A stretch of 61,790 nucleotides of DNA, counting the filler, from Platydemus manokwari (taxonomy: Eukaryota): assembly GCA_037951405.1 (NCBI GenBank). It is 6 parts of 6 records of this genome, joined end to end, with 100 filler letters (N's around TTAATTAATTAA, not from the genome) between each part and the next. Parts side by side here need not be neighbours in the genome. Positions count along the whole stretch, not along the records: positions 31,192 to 40,641 come from JBBMOY011248097.1; positions 40,742 to 52,855 come from JBBMOY010296669.1; 4 more parts are not named here. One strand, 5' to 3'. The position numbers and the translations under genes are program-made. Of the stretch, positions 37,435-51,542 are shown in pieces (position 1 is the stretch's first letter; each line of letters starts with the position of its first letter). The notes below the pieces were generated by a model that searched no databases, was not told where the DNA came from, and worked only from the letters and a program-made list of their open reading frames with translations.

Positions 37435-37976
37435 CTGTAGAATCCCGAGTATAAGCTGCAGCTAATACGTACATAACGGCAACATTTTTGAATTGCAGCT
37501 AAAATGATGTGCAGCTTATACAATTTATTTCAATTTATTTCGATTTGGATTCATTGCTTTGATAACAGACTCTTGGGTGATCCATCGTCAAATAACAGTT
37601 TCATTAATATCATATCGTCTTGTAACCTTCCGTGTGTTTCCTAACTGACGAGCTAATTCAATAATTTCTTTTTTCTTTGCTGAACTAAAAGATCGTCGTT
37701 GTTTCTTTTGTTTTTGTTCAGAATCGTTATCCATTTAAATCAAGGATTCAAAACAGTGCAATAAATAATGTAAACAATATAAACGATTAAAAGAAAATGG
37801 TTATTGTCACGGTGAAATTTGTTTTTTAATGATAGGTTGCTGATTTTAAAATCATGTGTTTTTAACGCAAATGGTGCAGCTAAACGTGCTGTAGTTTATA
37901 CGACTAAAAAATACATTTTTATAAAAATGTCATCTGCAGCTAATACGCGCTGCAGCTTATACTCGGGATTTTACAG
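37435..37976 (-). mobile_element. 542-bp non-autonomous pogo/Tc2-family DNA transposon with 28-bp TIRs
   Basis: CTGTAGAATCCCGAGTATAAGCTGCAGC...GCTGCAGCTTATACTCGGGATTTTACAG (1 mismatch). TA on the left, AA on the right. Internal remnant from ATG 37734: MDNDSEQKQKKQRRSFSSAKKK/IIELARQLGNTRKVTRRYDINETVI*RW (Brinker-type DNA-binding domain). Confidence 0.88.
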
Positions 37977-39721
37977 AATTTCTATCAATTTATGGAAAAT
38001 TCCTTTAAAACTCAACTGATCGTTTTTAAAAATTATCGGAACGGAAAAAACGCGAATTGATTATGAATAGAGAATGAATATGCGAGATTTTACTATTAAA
38101 AGCTCTAATTTTAGCATTTCTGAAATAATTATATGGGAATTTCATTAATTGATTGATTTGTTTTATATTTGTGTCTGGTGATCAATATAAGAGAATTTTT
38201 TAAAATTAGTTCTTAATTGATTAATAATAGAACCCAATAGATCAAGTAACTTTAGAGTGCGAGTACTTGTTGCGATTGTCTCTCGGACTTACATCAATAC
38301 GACTCTTAAATTAAAAAATTGACCTAAAATCAATTCTAATTAAGGATAAAAGAAATAAGTCTCTCGTGACAATGAAATTTATTAACAAAGAGTTTCAAAC
38401 TGAATTTCTAATTCAACGTGGAAAGTCTATTTTTAACATTCTATCTCACAATATTTGTTAAAGGACAATACATTTTCACAATGAACTAGTAATATATCTC
38501 TTCACTTCTGTTAATCTTTCAGCACAGAAATCCCTTCTGGCTGCATACCAAAACCATCAGCAACTGATACTAAATATTGATAACTGCATTACAATAATGC
38601 ATTAATGTATCCTAGGAACTACACTAGATACAAGAGAATGTATAAGGTTACTAAACATAATTTTGCGTTAAATATTTTGTTCTGTATAAATGACAATTTT
38701 TTCAACTTTACCACTATTCACTTCGACAAGGTCGTCCTGTGAAAATCACAGCATCATTGTCCTGAAATTCGAATCATTTGATAATTCGCGCCATTTCTTT
38801 TTTTATACAAAACATTGTATTTTTTTCAAAATTATCGATTAGACACTTTCACTGGTAATATCTGTCGGACCGTCCTTGTATTTATTTGACCTGATTTCCA
38901 CTCAAGTACTTCATTGTCTATGTTTATTTCCTTTATCGTAATACTAGTTATCCAATGGAAAATTGGTAACCAGCTTGGTAACCTTGATTCTCAATCGTTC
39001 AGAATAATTTTCTGTTTGTAATTTTATTTATGATCGTCTCCACTGACACGTCATTTGATTTTTTTATTCTAAATTTTATGTTCAGAATTTTACAGCTTCG
39101 TCATCACTATGGAAAAATCGAATGCAATACTGTTTTTGAGGTAAAACTCATGCCTATTATAAGATAAAGTGGGCTTAATGTAATAAGAATAAAAATAATG
39201 TTTTGGTTTTAAACATCATACATTATGCGATAACGATGCCAATAACCATATCAGATAATATCGATAATCTAAGGATCTTAAATAAATAAATGAAATATGA
39301 ATGAAAGCAAATCAGAAATTTTGAATCTACAAGAATATGTAAGCCAAAATAACCTTCCAATAGAATATTTCTGTTATCTGAATCGATGCTTGGACTCCAG
39401 ATCAAGAATCGGTAGCTCAATAAAGGAATCTGTTCGGTGTCTGAACATGTTTGAGATTCATAAAATCAATTTTTACAGATCCATTATTTACAGCTCGATC
39501 ATTTTTTATATTGGTAAAAAATATAGTTGAAGTCTTCTGAAAAAATATTAGTATCAATAAAATACTTATACCATAATTCATTGATTAATTAGAGATTTAC
39601 CAATCCACCACATCAAATAATTTCCCCTTAGGCAAATATTTGCATTATTAAATTTGATTATTAAATCCTGAGATAAAAAACTTCATTTGGAAATGAAATT
39701 CTTTTTAATCAAATTTTTTAG

Positions 39722-40455
39722 TATTTTTGATAATCTCTGCAATGAAATTGGAATTCGTAGTATTTGGAAATTATATTGAACGATTGAATGATCGCGGTCC
39801 CCCACCATGTATAGCAGAATGGGCCATCATTGTGTATCTAGCAGGTTGTTATTTTTTTTAAAAATAAACCCAAACTTTGAATATTATTTTTATTACCAGG
39901 TTACATATGGCAAGAAATCAAACAACTCTATTCCAATGGTTTAAGAGCTTACTTGGCTGACATGTGGAACCTGTTAGATTTCTCCACAAATGCTCTATAT
40001 ACGGCTACACTTGCTCTTCGCTCCTGTGCTTATTTCAAAGTATATTCATCATTTTAATTTATATAATTCATATGATAATCACAGGTGAACGGGAGTCCTG
40101 ATAGAAATGTAGAGAGAAAGCTTTGGGAGGCTTATGAGCCAGTATTAATATCTGAATGCTTATTTGCTAGTGCCACCATTTTCAGTGTGTTAAAACTAGT
40201 ATTTATGTTTACTATAAATCCAAGACTTGGACCTCTTCAAATATCGCTTGGTCGAATGTTGAGAGATATTCTAAATTTCTTCTCGCTTTATATGTTGGTT
40301 TTAGTTGCCTATGGTTTCGGTATTCATCAATTGCTATGGTTTTATTCTCATGAGCGCCAAGAAAGATGCAAATCAGTGGTGTTTGATTACAATTTAACTG
40401 GGCAGGATCTTGAACGCTATCAATATTGTACCACCAGAGGCAGATACTTTTCAAA
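39722..40455 (+). CDS. TRPC-type (canonical TRP) cation channel, partial: exons 39722-39844, 39900-40039, 40085-40455 (S1-S5 region)
   Basis: Spliced: FLIISAM...RGPPPCIAEWAIIVYLAG|YIWQEIKQLYSNGLRAYLADMWNLLDFSTNALY...FK|V...WEAYEPVLISECLFA.A.IFS.LKL...INPRLGPLQISLGRMLRDI. GT-AG introns of 55 and 45 nt with consistent phases. Confidence 0.93.
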
Positions 40456-40587
40456 GTAATTCATTGCCATTTATCTTTTACTAATAAATTTCAATTATAT
40501 TTGTCATGCGTTAATAAGATTAGCTTTGAAATATTTTTTGTTTGTGAAACCATATAATGGTTTACAAAGTTATTAATATTTATAGAA

Positions 40588-40641
<54 letters not shown>
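40588..40641. repeat. (AAT)18 microsatellite abutting a gap
   Basis: Directly visible in the sequence. Confidence 0.95.
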
Positions 40642-40741
40642 NNNNNNNNNNNNNNNNNNNNNNNNNNNNNNNNNNNNNNNNNNNNTTAATTAATTAANNN
40701 NNNNNNNNNNNNNNNNNNNNNNNNNNNNNNNNNNNNNNNNN
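40642..40741. other. Assembly spacer
   Basis: N44-TTAATTAATTAA-N44. Confidence 0.97.
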
Positions 40742-40771
40742 ATTTGTGTGCAATTTTCTGATTCCCGTAAA

Positions 40772-41050
40772 ATGGCTGAAAGGCGAAATTCCTATACTGC
40801 AAGATACAAGCAAAAAGTGGCTAAATTTGCAGAAATTGGCTATTTTTGCCCAAAGTGATTCCTCAAACACAGATGATGAGGAAATTGAAGAATTAGCTAC
40901 AAAACGGGTTAATTAACACGTAAAAACAAAAGGTATGTTTGAAAGTGAAGAAGAATTTCATGGTTTCTACGACAAATAAAGTAATTTATGTTTTTCTAAA
41001 ATTTTTGATCTAAAAATGAAGGGGGTCTTAATAGATGTAGGGTTTATATA
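40772..41050 (+). mobile_element. Internally deleted pogo/Tc2-family transposase (N-terminus joined to C-terminus)
   Basis: MAERRNSYTARYKQKVAKFAE (Brinker-type DBD start) is followed within ~30 nt by acidic SDSSNTDDEEIEE...MFESEEEFHGFYDK*, the E/D-F-x-G-F C-terminal motif of this family. Confidence 0.65.
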
Positions 41051-43539
41051 AAGCAATAAATCAATAAATAACAAGAATTAAGAAAAATAATCAAAATAAT
41101 AACAATGACAATAAAGTAAGATCAATAAGATATGTTTATTAGTGTTCAATAAAGTGAAAAGATCTAAAAACGAGAAGATCGGACCAGACAAAACCGATTC
41201 CAATAGAAGTTAAATTTAGTAATCTTATGAATACACATAAATCGTAAGCCGATTATATAGAATTTAATTAGACCAATTTATCGATTGAATTGAAGAAATT
41301 TGATGTTGATAAATTATAAAAATTTGATAAACCAGGAATGGTATAAAATATGAGCACAAATTATTCAGGCAATATCGATTTTACACATCTAACTGAACCT
41401 CCCTAGACCTAGTGCTGAAATAAAACGTTTTACTACAACATTTATGGGGTAAAAGTGTCATTATCATAACCATTTTTAAATTACTATATTAAATATATTA
41501 TCGCAATTATATATTGACTCATTTTTGGTAATAAAGAGGCTAACACTGTGGTCCAACTAATTTTTGAATTTTTATCTTTGATAAAGCTTTTTCTCAAAAT
41601 TGTTATTGTAATTGTATCCCGTTGTTAAATATTATATTGTATGATGGTTTGTAATCAATTATAACTCACTGAGTTTCGTTTGTAACAAAATTATTATTTT
41701 CATTCTACCCAGTGGTCATAGCTAATAATAATCCATAGAGTGACAAATTAGTGACTGTGTCAATCGAATTATCATTACCGCAAAGGAACTCATCTCCTGA
41801 TTACACACACGACATTAATAAATATCAGATATTTTTCTGTATTCAATAATCTTAATTTAACTTGTAAATCAACTTTAATAAATCAATAAATCTTTCTGTG
41901 AAAATTATTTCAAAAATTATATCAATTATTTTCAATATTCTATCACAAACAGGTTAAATTAACTTGTTGAAATTAATCGAAAAAGATGTCCTTCAAGTTC
42001 TATTCAATAATTAACAATTTCAGTATTTATTCTCTACAAATATCATTTGGAAATCTGAATGTATTTATAAATAGTCACACACCGAGGTTTACTGTTTTAT
42101 ATTTTTACAATTCTAGTCTATTTCAGCGAATTTCGTGTGACTTATGATCTGAAAAAAGCATCATTATAATAAAGTAAAATAATCCTTTGGCACTCATCTA
42201 GGTGTTTTTGCTATTTGGGTAAGAATGTGTGCTTGTATAACATTTGAATTTGGGTTCCGCTATTGAATAGAAGACTCAAATGATAATTTCAACACTGAGA
42301 GTTTCTTCAATTTGCTTCATTAGAAACCAATGTAAATAACTTTTCATTAGAATATAATGTATTTATATAATTTACTTTTATAAATAATAAAATCTATCAA
42401 AAATATATGATTTGCCTTTAATTTCAGACGATTTCGCGATAACTTTATTTTCTCACCATTCAAATAGCGATTATCATTTGAAATAAGTGTTTTAAATTAT
42501 TATTACTATATGAATATCAAGAAGATTTTCAAGGAGATAAAAATACTGAGAAATGATATAAACAACTTTTAACTTCAATTTTAATGTAAATTAATAAAAA
42601 AAACACGAAATAAAGCGAAAAAAAATCTACAATGAATCATTATTAGTCAGAGACATAATAAACTGAAATTCAATATATAGATTCAAGCTACTGTGCCACA
42701 GATTAATGAGATTGTGTATTGAAGTTGACATAATAACAATTATGTGAATCACAACATATCGATCTGGTATGTAATATGCAAATAAGGTGCAAATGGTGTG
42801 CATCACATAGCCAAACATTATCACATTAACATCAAATATCTTATGAAATTGCTTATTCATTTTTAGAAAATTATAAATGTGTTGCAAACTACAGGCCAAC
42901 TAAGACAAAATAAAAAAACTGGTAAATGAAGATAAGCTTTGAAACGCAATATAATATTTTATGGTTCACTCACAGCCAAAAAACACTTCTCTACATGAAG
43001 TGACATCAACATTCATCTTTATAATTTTTGAAAAACGATTTCATTACATTATCAAGTTAGATATTTTTAAAGAACTTTTTTTACAAACACAAACAAAATA
43101 AAAATCACATTAAAAGCCAAACAAAAGTCATTTATTTATAACCACGAATTGTTCGATATCATTTTTATATCATAATTTGTTTAGGAAACTAAATCAATAC
43201 TAAAATACCAAATTTTTTTAAAAAAAATCAATAAAATTAAATATTCGCAGCAGCCAATAAAAATAAGTACAAATTAAACATCAAGAAAATTAATTAATTT
43301 CAAATATAAATATTGTTCTACAATCCATTGGTTTTTGATATAAGAATCTTAAGCTGGCTTCACGAAAAAAGCAAAACGATATTTTTAGATCAATCAAGGC
43401 AGCAATCGAAAAAAGTGATGATTCAAATGTTATCAATTCGATAAATAATTTCCGATAAAATTACAGATAAATAATATTGTTATTACTATTGTGATTTATT
43501 TATTCTGTCAATATTAGCCTAGAATAAACAATTTAAAAC

Positions 43540-46500
43540 TCAAATACTATTGACATCAAGCAACATAGCATCCATTTCGTGTTTGATTTGAGCACATTTT
43601 GTTTGCCAAGAATGAAGATTTTCTAAAAATCAATATGTTTGATTGTTTTAATCATGATAATAAAAATAATTCAAAAATCATTAATATAATAATGATTGAG
43701 TTAGTTCTTATTAACAAAGAAACTTTCATCAATTTTCTATATTCGGAAATGTTCAGCATGGGATGATGTAAACAAAAACTTCCCATTAAAAATACACTTA
43801 AAATTGATAAAATAAAAAGTAATTATAATGAAATATTCCAAATTTTAGTAAAAGATTGTGTTCATTCATTTATGATAACTCTTAGACACACAACACACCG
43901 GTAAACATAAAATTAGAACAACAAAAAATCAATAAAATATATAATTATCAATATAAATATATTCTGTAGCTCTGTGAAATAAGAGATAATCGTGACGTCA
44001 TCGACATTGTCGTAAGAAAATGCAAATATATTGAAGTAGAGAAAAAAATTAAGAAATATTAATATTCGATTACATCATACATGAATATTCCAAACAAAAA
44101 TTAATGAAAAAAGAAAAATAAAACAAGATTAATAATGAGAACATGGTTTGGAAATACAAAATGGGAAAGAGCTTTATATAATTTTAATTATTCCAGCTTA
44201 GCATAAACTTAAATGTACAGTATTTGGTGTGATAGAAAGTTAAACGATTTCTGTATTATTTTTAACGTATTTTACAGATATAAAGATAAAAAAATATCAT
44301 AATAAATTGATCAATTTCAAACCATTCGCCAATTCGATATCACGCTTTAATTTTTGAGAAGACCGCTCGCAAACGTTCCTCTTTTCCTCAGTCTACAAGA
44401 ATACAATGGATAGAAATATGCAAACAGGAAAATATTAGCCTTTACCTCTTCTAATGACTTTAGAAGATCTCTGATTGTTTCTTCGTACTGTTCTTCTCGA
44501 GATTCAAGCTAATGTTGGAAAAAATCAATGGTAATGATTTAAAAGATAAATATATTTTATTAATCAGACCAAGAAATATATATTTGTGATACACATTAAA
44601 TAATATAGATAATTTTCAGCAAATATTTTTTACAAAATGATTTATTGAGTTGGTGTGATGAGTGATAACAACAATCGATAATAGGTAAAGGAAGGTCTAA
44701 ACTAAAGAAAATAAAACATTTGTTGCTGCTCTGTTACTTTGTGGTCAAAACAAGTCTGCAACCATTTCTCATGCCACATGCTTTGTCCCAAAAAAATCTT
44801 GGTAACAGGTTTTCATTCAGAATGTAATCGATACAAAAAATATTCTTACAAACCAGTTCTCCACAAATTTCCAAAATGACTTGACCCTACATAGTGATAG
44901 AATTACAATTCACCATGACAAAATTCAAGACTCGATTACGGATTATTGATGACTAAGCGTGATTGTGCGTGTAATAATGATAACAAAGTCGATTTAACAG
45001 AATGATTCTATCAATAATGATTACCTTGGCACCGGTGCTTTCCAATGAATGAAGTGTATTACTCACGGTGTGCATTTCTTTCTCTAATTCGGCTATTTTT
45101 CTGAAATAAAATGGAAAATTTAATTAAAATGGTATTTAACAAACATAATAATATTCAATAAATAATATGTACCGAAATAATTGTGATTTTATTAAATACT
45201 AAGAAAATTAGATTTTTACCGACCTAGATCTTTTAGCCAAATCATCATTTTGATAGGGTTGCTTATTTATTGACAATCCTAACTATTGAAGACCTCAACA
45301 TTTGGCTCTTGTTTCGATAATGCTAATACATATGCACATACTTTATTTTCTATCTCATTTTGTAAAAATTAACAAAACAGCATTTTTAGACATAAAATTT
45401 ACAGAATTATTTGACTTAATCTGAAGTTATCTATTTCCAAATAAAACTGTTGTCAAGTTAAAACGTAAAGATAGCAGAGAAACAATTTGTAGATCTTCTA
45501 ATAATGCCAACATGAAATAATGATATTAAAGAGTTAATACTGTTCTGTATAAATATAATTTGGGATATTGTAATGATTAACAACAATTTATCTCATTAAA
45601 AACAAATTTTATCAATTAGTCATTTTAAATGCGAGATTTTTTATTAAATTTTCATATCAAATACTCAATATATATGATCAACACGTTAACAGGGAATATT
45701 TCGAAAACTTTCTGAAATTATTGATTACCATTAATGTTTGTATTTATGATTGGCTGAAGAACAATCATTTATTTGTGAAAATAAAAAGCAATTAAAATGA
45801 AAATTGGACTCAAATCTGAATTTCATTAATGATTTATTTGCTTACATTTTAAGAATTGTCAATATATTAATCACAATTGAATTGCAAAGTGTTGATAACA
45901 AATTAATGGAGATCATTGAAACGACTGCATAAATGATAACAAAAAATGATAACATTATTAAGTATGATATGATATCATCGCAGATCAAGTGCTAAAATAT
46001 ACAGTGTATAATATCAATTCAACATTAAACATTTATTATTAACAAACATCAGATTAAAAAGACTTAATTTTAGAAATTTGCTTAGCATGATATTATAGCT
46101 TTAATTTTTAACGAAGAATCAGCGAATACATATCATATTTATTATTGAATTTTATTTTTTAATTATCACAACTTTCTTCCATCATTTATTATTTACCTCA
46201 AAAAAAATAAAACACAAAGATACATTTATTCAACACCTGCAAATATCTTAAAAACTAAAACGATTTACTGAAAAATCTTTTTATTACCAGAAAGTGACTG
46301 AAGAATCTTAAAAATATTCTCTCTCAACTCATGTTCAATGATTTGTTTCATTTTCTCAAGTGAGGATTTACCCCCCTCTCCATGATGGATATGTGTTCAA
46401 GAAGATCTTGTTTCTTCAAACCTGGCCCTTCAATTTAGAAAACACTGGATTCGATTGGATTTAAAAATGGACGGTAAGATGATGAACTTACAAGTGATTG

Positions 46501-49293
46501 GTTGGAAGTTAGAGTAAATAGATAGCTACTAGTCGTAGGATTATCCAGAATTAAGTAATACCTTGATTTCTGATTTAACCAAGCGCAAATCTGCAATTTA
46601 AACTTCATGTATATTTCTCTTGTGAAAGAGCGTCTAATATTCTGTTAGTATAAGTGGTCATTTTCTTTGCTGCCAAACGATCATGAAAATTCTTGGGGTT
46701 TGTGAAAATGGATTTTAGACTTCTTATACTTCAATCGTGACGGATATCGAAATTAGTTCATTCATTATCCAACATTCATTTAAAATTCAACGAAGGAACT
46801 CCCTGTGCACTCTCATGACGTGTTCTGAATTATTTTAAGTGCTGGTTGAAGTTTAAGAGATTTTTGCTTAGATATCTTTATTAATTCATTTCGAGACTAA
46901 TAAATTGAAAATAATTTATCACCCTTATTATTTTATCGCTTGACCAGAGAAAGATTTATCCATCACATATAATTTTGATATTTATTGAAACGATGGATAA
47001 TGTTTCCACGGTGACAAATTCTACGTTAATTGTTTGGCAAAACGGCTGACATTTTTACCGTTAAATTTTTCGTTATTTATTTTTACCAGAGATCAATATT
47101 AGTAATGGATTATCTATTTCATGTTTTAAATATAAGAATAAATTTCAAGTATTAAAATTTGATGAAACAGATGAGACATTTAAAAAAAATTCTCATTTCG
47201 AAAATAACATCATTGAAGAATAGATTTTCAAATATTATATGAAGAGATTACTAAAATGCTTTCAAAATCAGCGCTTATTGACAAAAACATAACGATAATT
47301 TGTTAATCATTCATGGTCAACAAGAAAAGCTGTAAATATGAAATAATAAGTTCATTGAACATCTATTTCCTGTGATATAAGAAATAAATTTGTATTTAAC
47401 TTGTTTCTAACAAAATTTTAATGTATCAATGGAAATGTCATAGAAATCGAACGTCATATGTTCGAGATTTTACAAAACATTATGATAACATATTATACTT
47501 TTTATATATATTGTACCGTTATTATATTATAATTTTAAAAAAATAAATACACAATATAAGAGAAACCATATTGGGATCTCTTCAAATTTAAAGACATCAA
47601 CATTTTAATTTTTAATATTTTATAATAAATTATGTTTAATCATGCATCAAATTTCATTATTATTAATGAATAATATTATATTCAACCTAATTGAGATAAA
47701 TATTTATTATTATTAATAGAATTTGAAAACTTTTATAAACATTAAGTAAAATGAACATAAATCGAAAAAAAACAAAATACATCAAATTCCAAATTAATTA
47801 ACTTCGTTGAAACAGTGGGAAAAATTGAGTCCAAAACAAATTATAAGATTGACATGAATAGAATCATGTTTACTTTAAATAATAAATGATTAACACTTAA
47901 ATTGCAAGCATAATATAGATTACAATTACAAAATATAAATTGTCAGTTGTATATTTTTATGGACTAAGTCTCTTTTATCTCTTAAGTCTCATGTTTCTAA
48001 TATATGTATCGATAATTGGACAGAATTCACAGCTAAATGAATCAATAATGGTTTTGAAAGAGGAAATCTTCAGAATTACAATTATAATTTTTAATCTTGA
48101 ATTAATTTAATGTCTACCCCAATTCTAGCATTCACAATGGCCTGTAATATCACATAGCAAGCCTGAAGAGAAATTCGATATTATAAATAAATATTATTCC
48201 TAAGGGCCTATTTTAATTTTTCCTTTCAATTTTTCAACATTTTATTCATTTTCTCTGTATAAGTCCAGGCTTGTTGTTAGAAAATAATGAGTGTAATAAT
48301 AATGAATATTATTGTCTTAAAAAATATAAATATGTATTATTAATAATACTTTTGTTGACATATTCATATATAAACTAAAATAAACATTTAAAAATGAAAA
48401 GTTATGACATCTGTGTTGATTACGTAATAATATCGTTTCAATAAAATAAACATAAAAATCGATAACAAATATTCAATCGAAGATTTCGAGTCGCACAATT
48501 AAATAAAAAATTATAACTAATATTAAATAATAAAATAAAAAATAATTATGAGTATTAATATATAATTAATTATATAATTAATTAATATATGATAAATTTT
48601 TGATTAAATATGGAAATAAAATTCGACAATTTTCAGATTTATTTATTCATTTGCAACATATATAATTAAATTATAATTTAAATTGAAAACGTTAATAAAA
48701 AATATTTATATTTATCTACCTCTCATATTCAGTAGCTTGTTTATCAACTTTCTCGAATTCTGCATCAATATTCGTCAACTTTTTGCTAACCTAACAATAA
48801 AATTAAAAATTCGTTTCTTAATCGAGATCATTAATTTACTTCATGACATCTCATCTCTGAAGCTACTTCTTCTTCTTTCGCATCTTTCAATTTAGCTTGA
48901 AGTTCTTCTAATCTTTCATTGCTTGTTTCAGCCGATTCAGTCAATGAAATATTTAACCTAGATTTGTATTAACACAAATTCATTTGAATGATAAAATACT
49001 TTTCACAATCTTCCGCAGATTTTTTCGTTTCCTCCAATCGTTTTAAAGTATTTTCATAGTTACTTTCACTTCTTTCAAGATTGGATTCTGAAACCTTTAA
49101 CTGACGTCGTAAACTGGCTAATTCAGATTCAGACTTCAACATCATGTCAAATAAAGTTAAATATAATGAAAGTTCCTACATGTTCTCTTTTAGTAATTAA
49201 ATCTTTTAAATTTTCATTTTTCTCATCAATAATTTCATGAAGCTTATCAACTTCATCTTTGAGTTGCTGCATTTTTACTTTTAAAGTATCCAT
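43540..49293 (-). CDS. Tropomyosin, short 242-aa form; exons 49293-49180, 49133-49000, 48957-48840, 48790-48720, 45100-45025, 44508-44446, 44392-44323, 43622-43540
   Basis: MDTLKVKMQQLK...|SESELASLRRQLKVSESNLERSE...|...|VSKKLTNIDAEFEK...|KIAELEKEMHTVSNTLHSLE...|LESREEQYEETIRDL...|...|ENLHSWQTKCAQIKHEMDAMLLDVNSI*. Exon sizes 114/134/118/71/76/63/70/83, all GT-AG, equal to the vertebrate tropomyosin exon sizes as I recall them. Confidence 0.93.
46250..47070 (-). mobile_element. Decayed Tc1/IS630-like (DDxE) transposase relic inside the long tropomyosin intron
   Basis: YLILDN (~46540-46557) then SYRPFLNPIE (~46450-46479), followed by a frameshifted FSKLK-like segment. Confidence 0.5.
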
Positions 49294-50809
49294 TTTTAAG
49301 TTCTTGTAAACTCAATAGAAATTAAATTTATTGGAAAATTTAGTAATCAGTAAAGAAATATTTGATTTAATAAAACAATTACTTTTGAAATAATTTTTTA
49401 ATTAAAATTTTGATTTGAGATGAATCAATAATTAAATTAAAATATATTAATATAATAATAATTTCTTATTTACATGTATATATATAACATAATAAATAAA
49501 ATTATTATAAAGAAATAAATATGAAAAATGATTTTTGAATGACAAAGTAGAATTAAATGATGATTAAAAACTTGCACAACCAAGAAATTAAATTTCGTTT
49601 TTGCATATAAATTAAAAGATTGATGGGGAGTACAGGTAGGTATACAATCACACATAAGAACAGTCTAAGAAGTAAGGCATACGTATGAATAAGAAACCTT
49701 AAAAAGCAAAGTTATTTTATACGCATTCACAATTAAAAAATATTGTTATGATAATAAATGCTCGATAGTCACATATCTCTCAGTATTTCATAATTTTCAC
49801 AATATCATTTCAGTAACCTTCATATCCATTGACTTCTTAGTTTCTTTATTTATTAAAGTCTTATCCATTTGTTTTGATAGCAAAAATTAGTTTTTATACT
49901 TCTAATTACGATTTGGGAGTGAAGATGTTAGCACATCACACTATACTCTCATTAATTGAAATATGCGTTCTCATTGTTTATAATGGTAGACAGGTTCATG
50001 ATTTGTGATCGATATGTATCAAAAATATTTAAAAAGGAATTATGAAGGGTTTCATTAGAGCTTTCAGTAGCAATGGTTGATTTCATTTCAATAATATTCT
50101 TAGGAATTAAAGTTGGAGTATTAACATTGTAATTAATTCTAGCGTGTTGATCAGTCATTTTCTTAAATTACCCTTTGTGTATCGTACCAGTTTCTTTATC
50201 ATACCGGAATCTATCATCCTGGAAATGATAACTAATGCCTAACATGTCTTCGAAATTGTTTTATTTATTCTTATACTAAGATTAAACAATATGAATTTAA
50301 ATTTATTTTATAAAAACACAGATTCTATTGTGCATAGTCTTAACAAATTTAATAAAGCATTTTAAATCGGCATGCCTTGGCTTTCAATAAAATAAGATAA
50401 ATCGATATAAAAACATGATTCACGAATATTATCCTCGTTTAAAACAAATTATTTTACAATTATATATCGAGATACCCACGAAAACAACACCAACTATTTG
50501 TGTATATTTCAATAAAACAATGAGATTTCACTTTAATATTCTTCAGTCTCTTTTATTGCCAATATTATGATTGATGTTTACATTATCCTTATAAAGTCAT
50601 TATTATTTTAAATTTTTTTATATTTACAATAGCAATGACCACATTTTTGTGCCACAGATTTATTTTTTTGGAAAATTTAAGCGAAATAAAATATTTAAAC
50701 AAAAGATATTTCATATTTAGTTAAATTAAAAATTTCATTTCCTGACACTTATTATTGGTTGAAATAATCTACATCACGATAGTAGTATTCAATTTTTGTC
50801 ATTTTGAAA

Positions 50810-51542
50810 ATGATTGTTTTTATCTTATTGTTCCTGTACTGCGACCATCAAAAGCAATGGAGTGTCCTGTTAACTTCAAACCTTGTGGATCAATTTGCTA
50901 TTATGTTGAAGATCAATTTGAAAACTTTTTGCAGGGCTTCTGAAACATGTTATTCAATGAATGGAACATTAGCAATGGATACGGAAATACAATTACTCTG
51001 GTCATGTCTAAATAAGAATGTTCAATTCATTACTGGAAAAACGGATTTGTTAAATGAACGATATCGCAATAAAACTCAATGGATTAATAATGATGGATCA
51101 TTATTTGGAAATACGAAATTGTGTTGCGTAAACCAACCGGAAAATTTTAAAGGTAATGAAGACTGTACGCGTAGTACGAATATAGGTCTTGGTGATGTTA
51201 AATGTAATGAAGGTGGTGTTGTTGTGTGTGTTAGCGTTAATTATTTGAAGAACAATTCCAAACGATTCAAAATACATTCCAAAAGCTTCTTTAATAACAA
51301 TCATGTTATAAAATAATCAATTCGAAAAGTAAATTGAATTGCGGCGCACTGTAAACGATTTTTTCAATTGTAACATTTTATTGATATTTAATTGTAGATG
51401 CCTTAAAGATGATAACTGCAAATCGTTCTACTACAATGATTCCGGAAAACAATGCGCTTTGGCTCAATATGCTCTCAGCACTCTATCGAGACATTGGAAT
51501 AATGGAAAAGATATTTGGCATGGATATCATATAATTCCTTAA
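50810..51542 (+). pseudogene. Frameshifted paralog of the C-type lectin + PAN gene at 1738-2478
   Basis: Fragments in different frames: MIVFILLFL / MECPVNFKPCGSICYYVE / KTFCRASETC...TGKTDLLNER...WINNDGSL / CLKDDNCKSFYY...QCAL...WNNGKDIWHGYHIIP*. Same intron position and near-identical C-terminus (WNNG..IWHGYH..P). Confidence 0.82.

Noticed and set aside
49952-50218. Possible small exons (DDRFRYDKETGTIHKG|INYNVNTP...) upstream of tropomyosin
   Set aside because: The splice is plausible but there is no start, domain or continuation; it is not tropomyosin-like.
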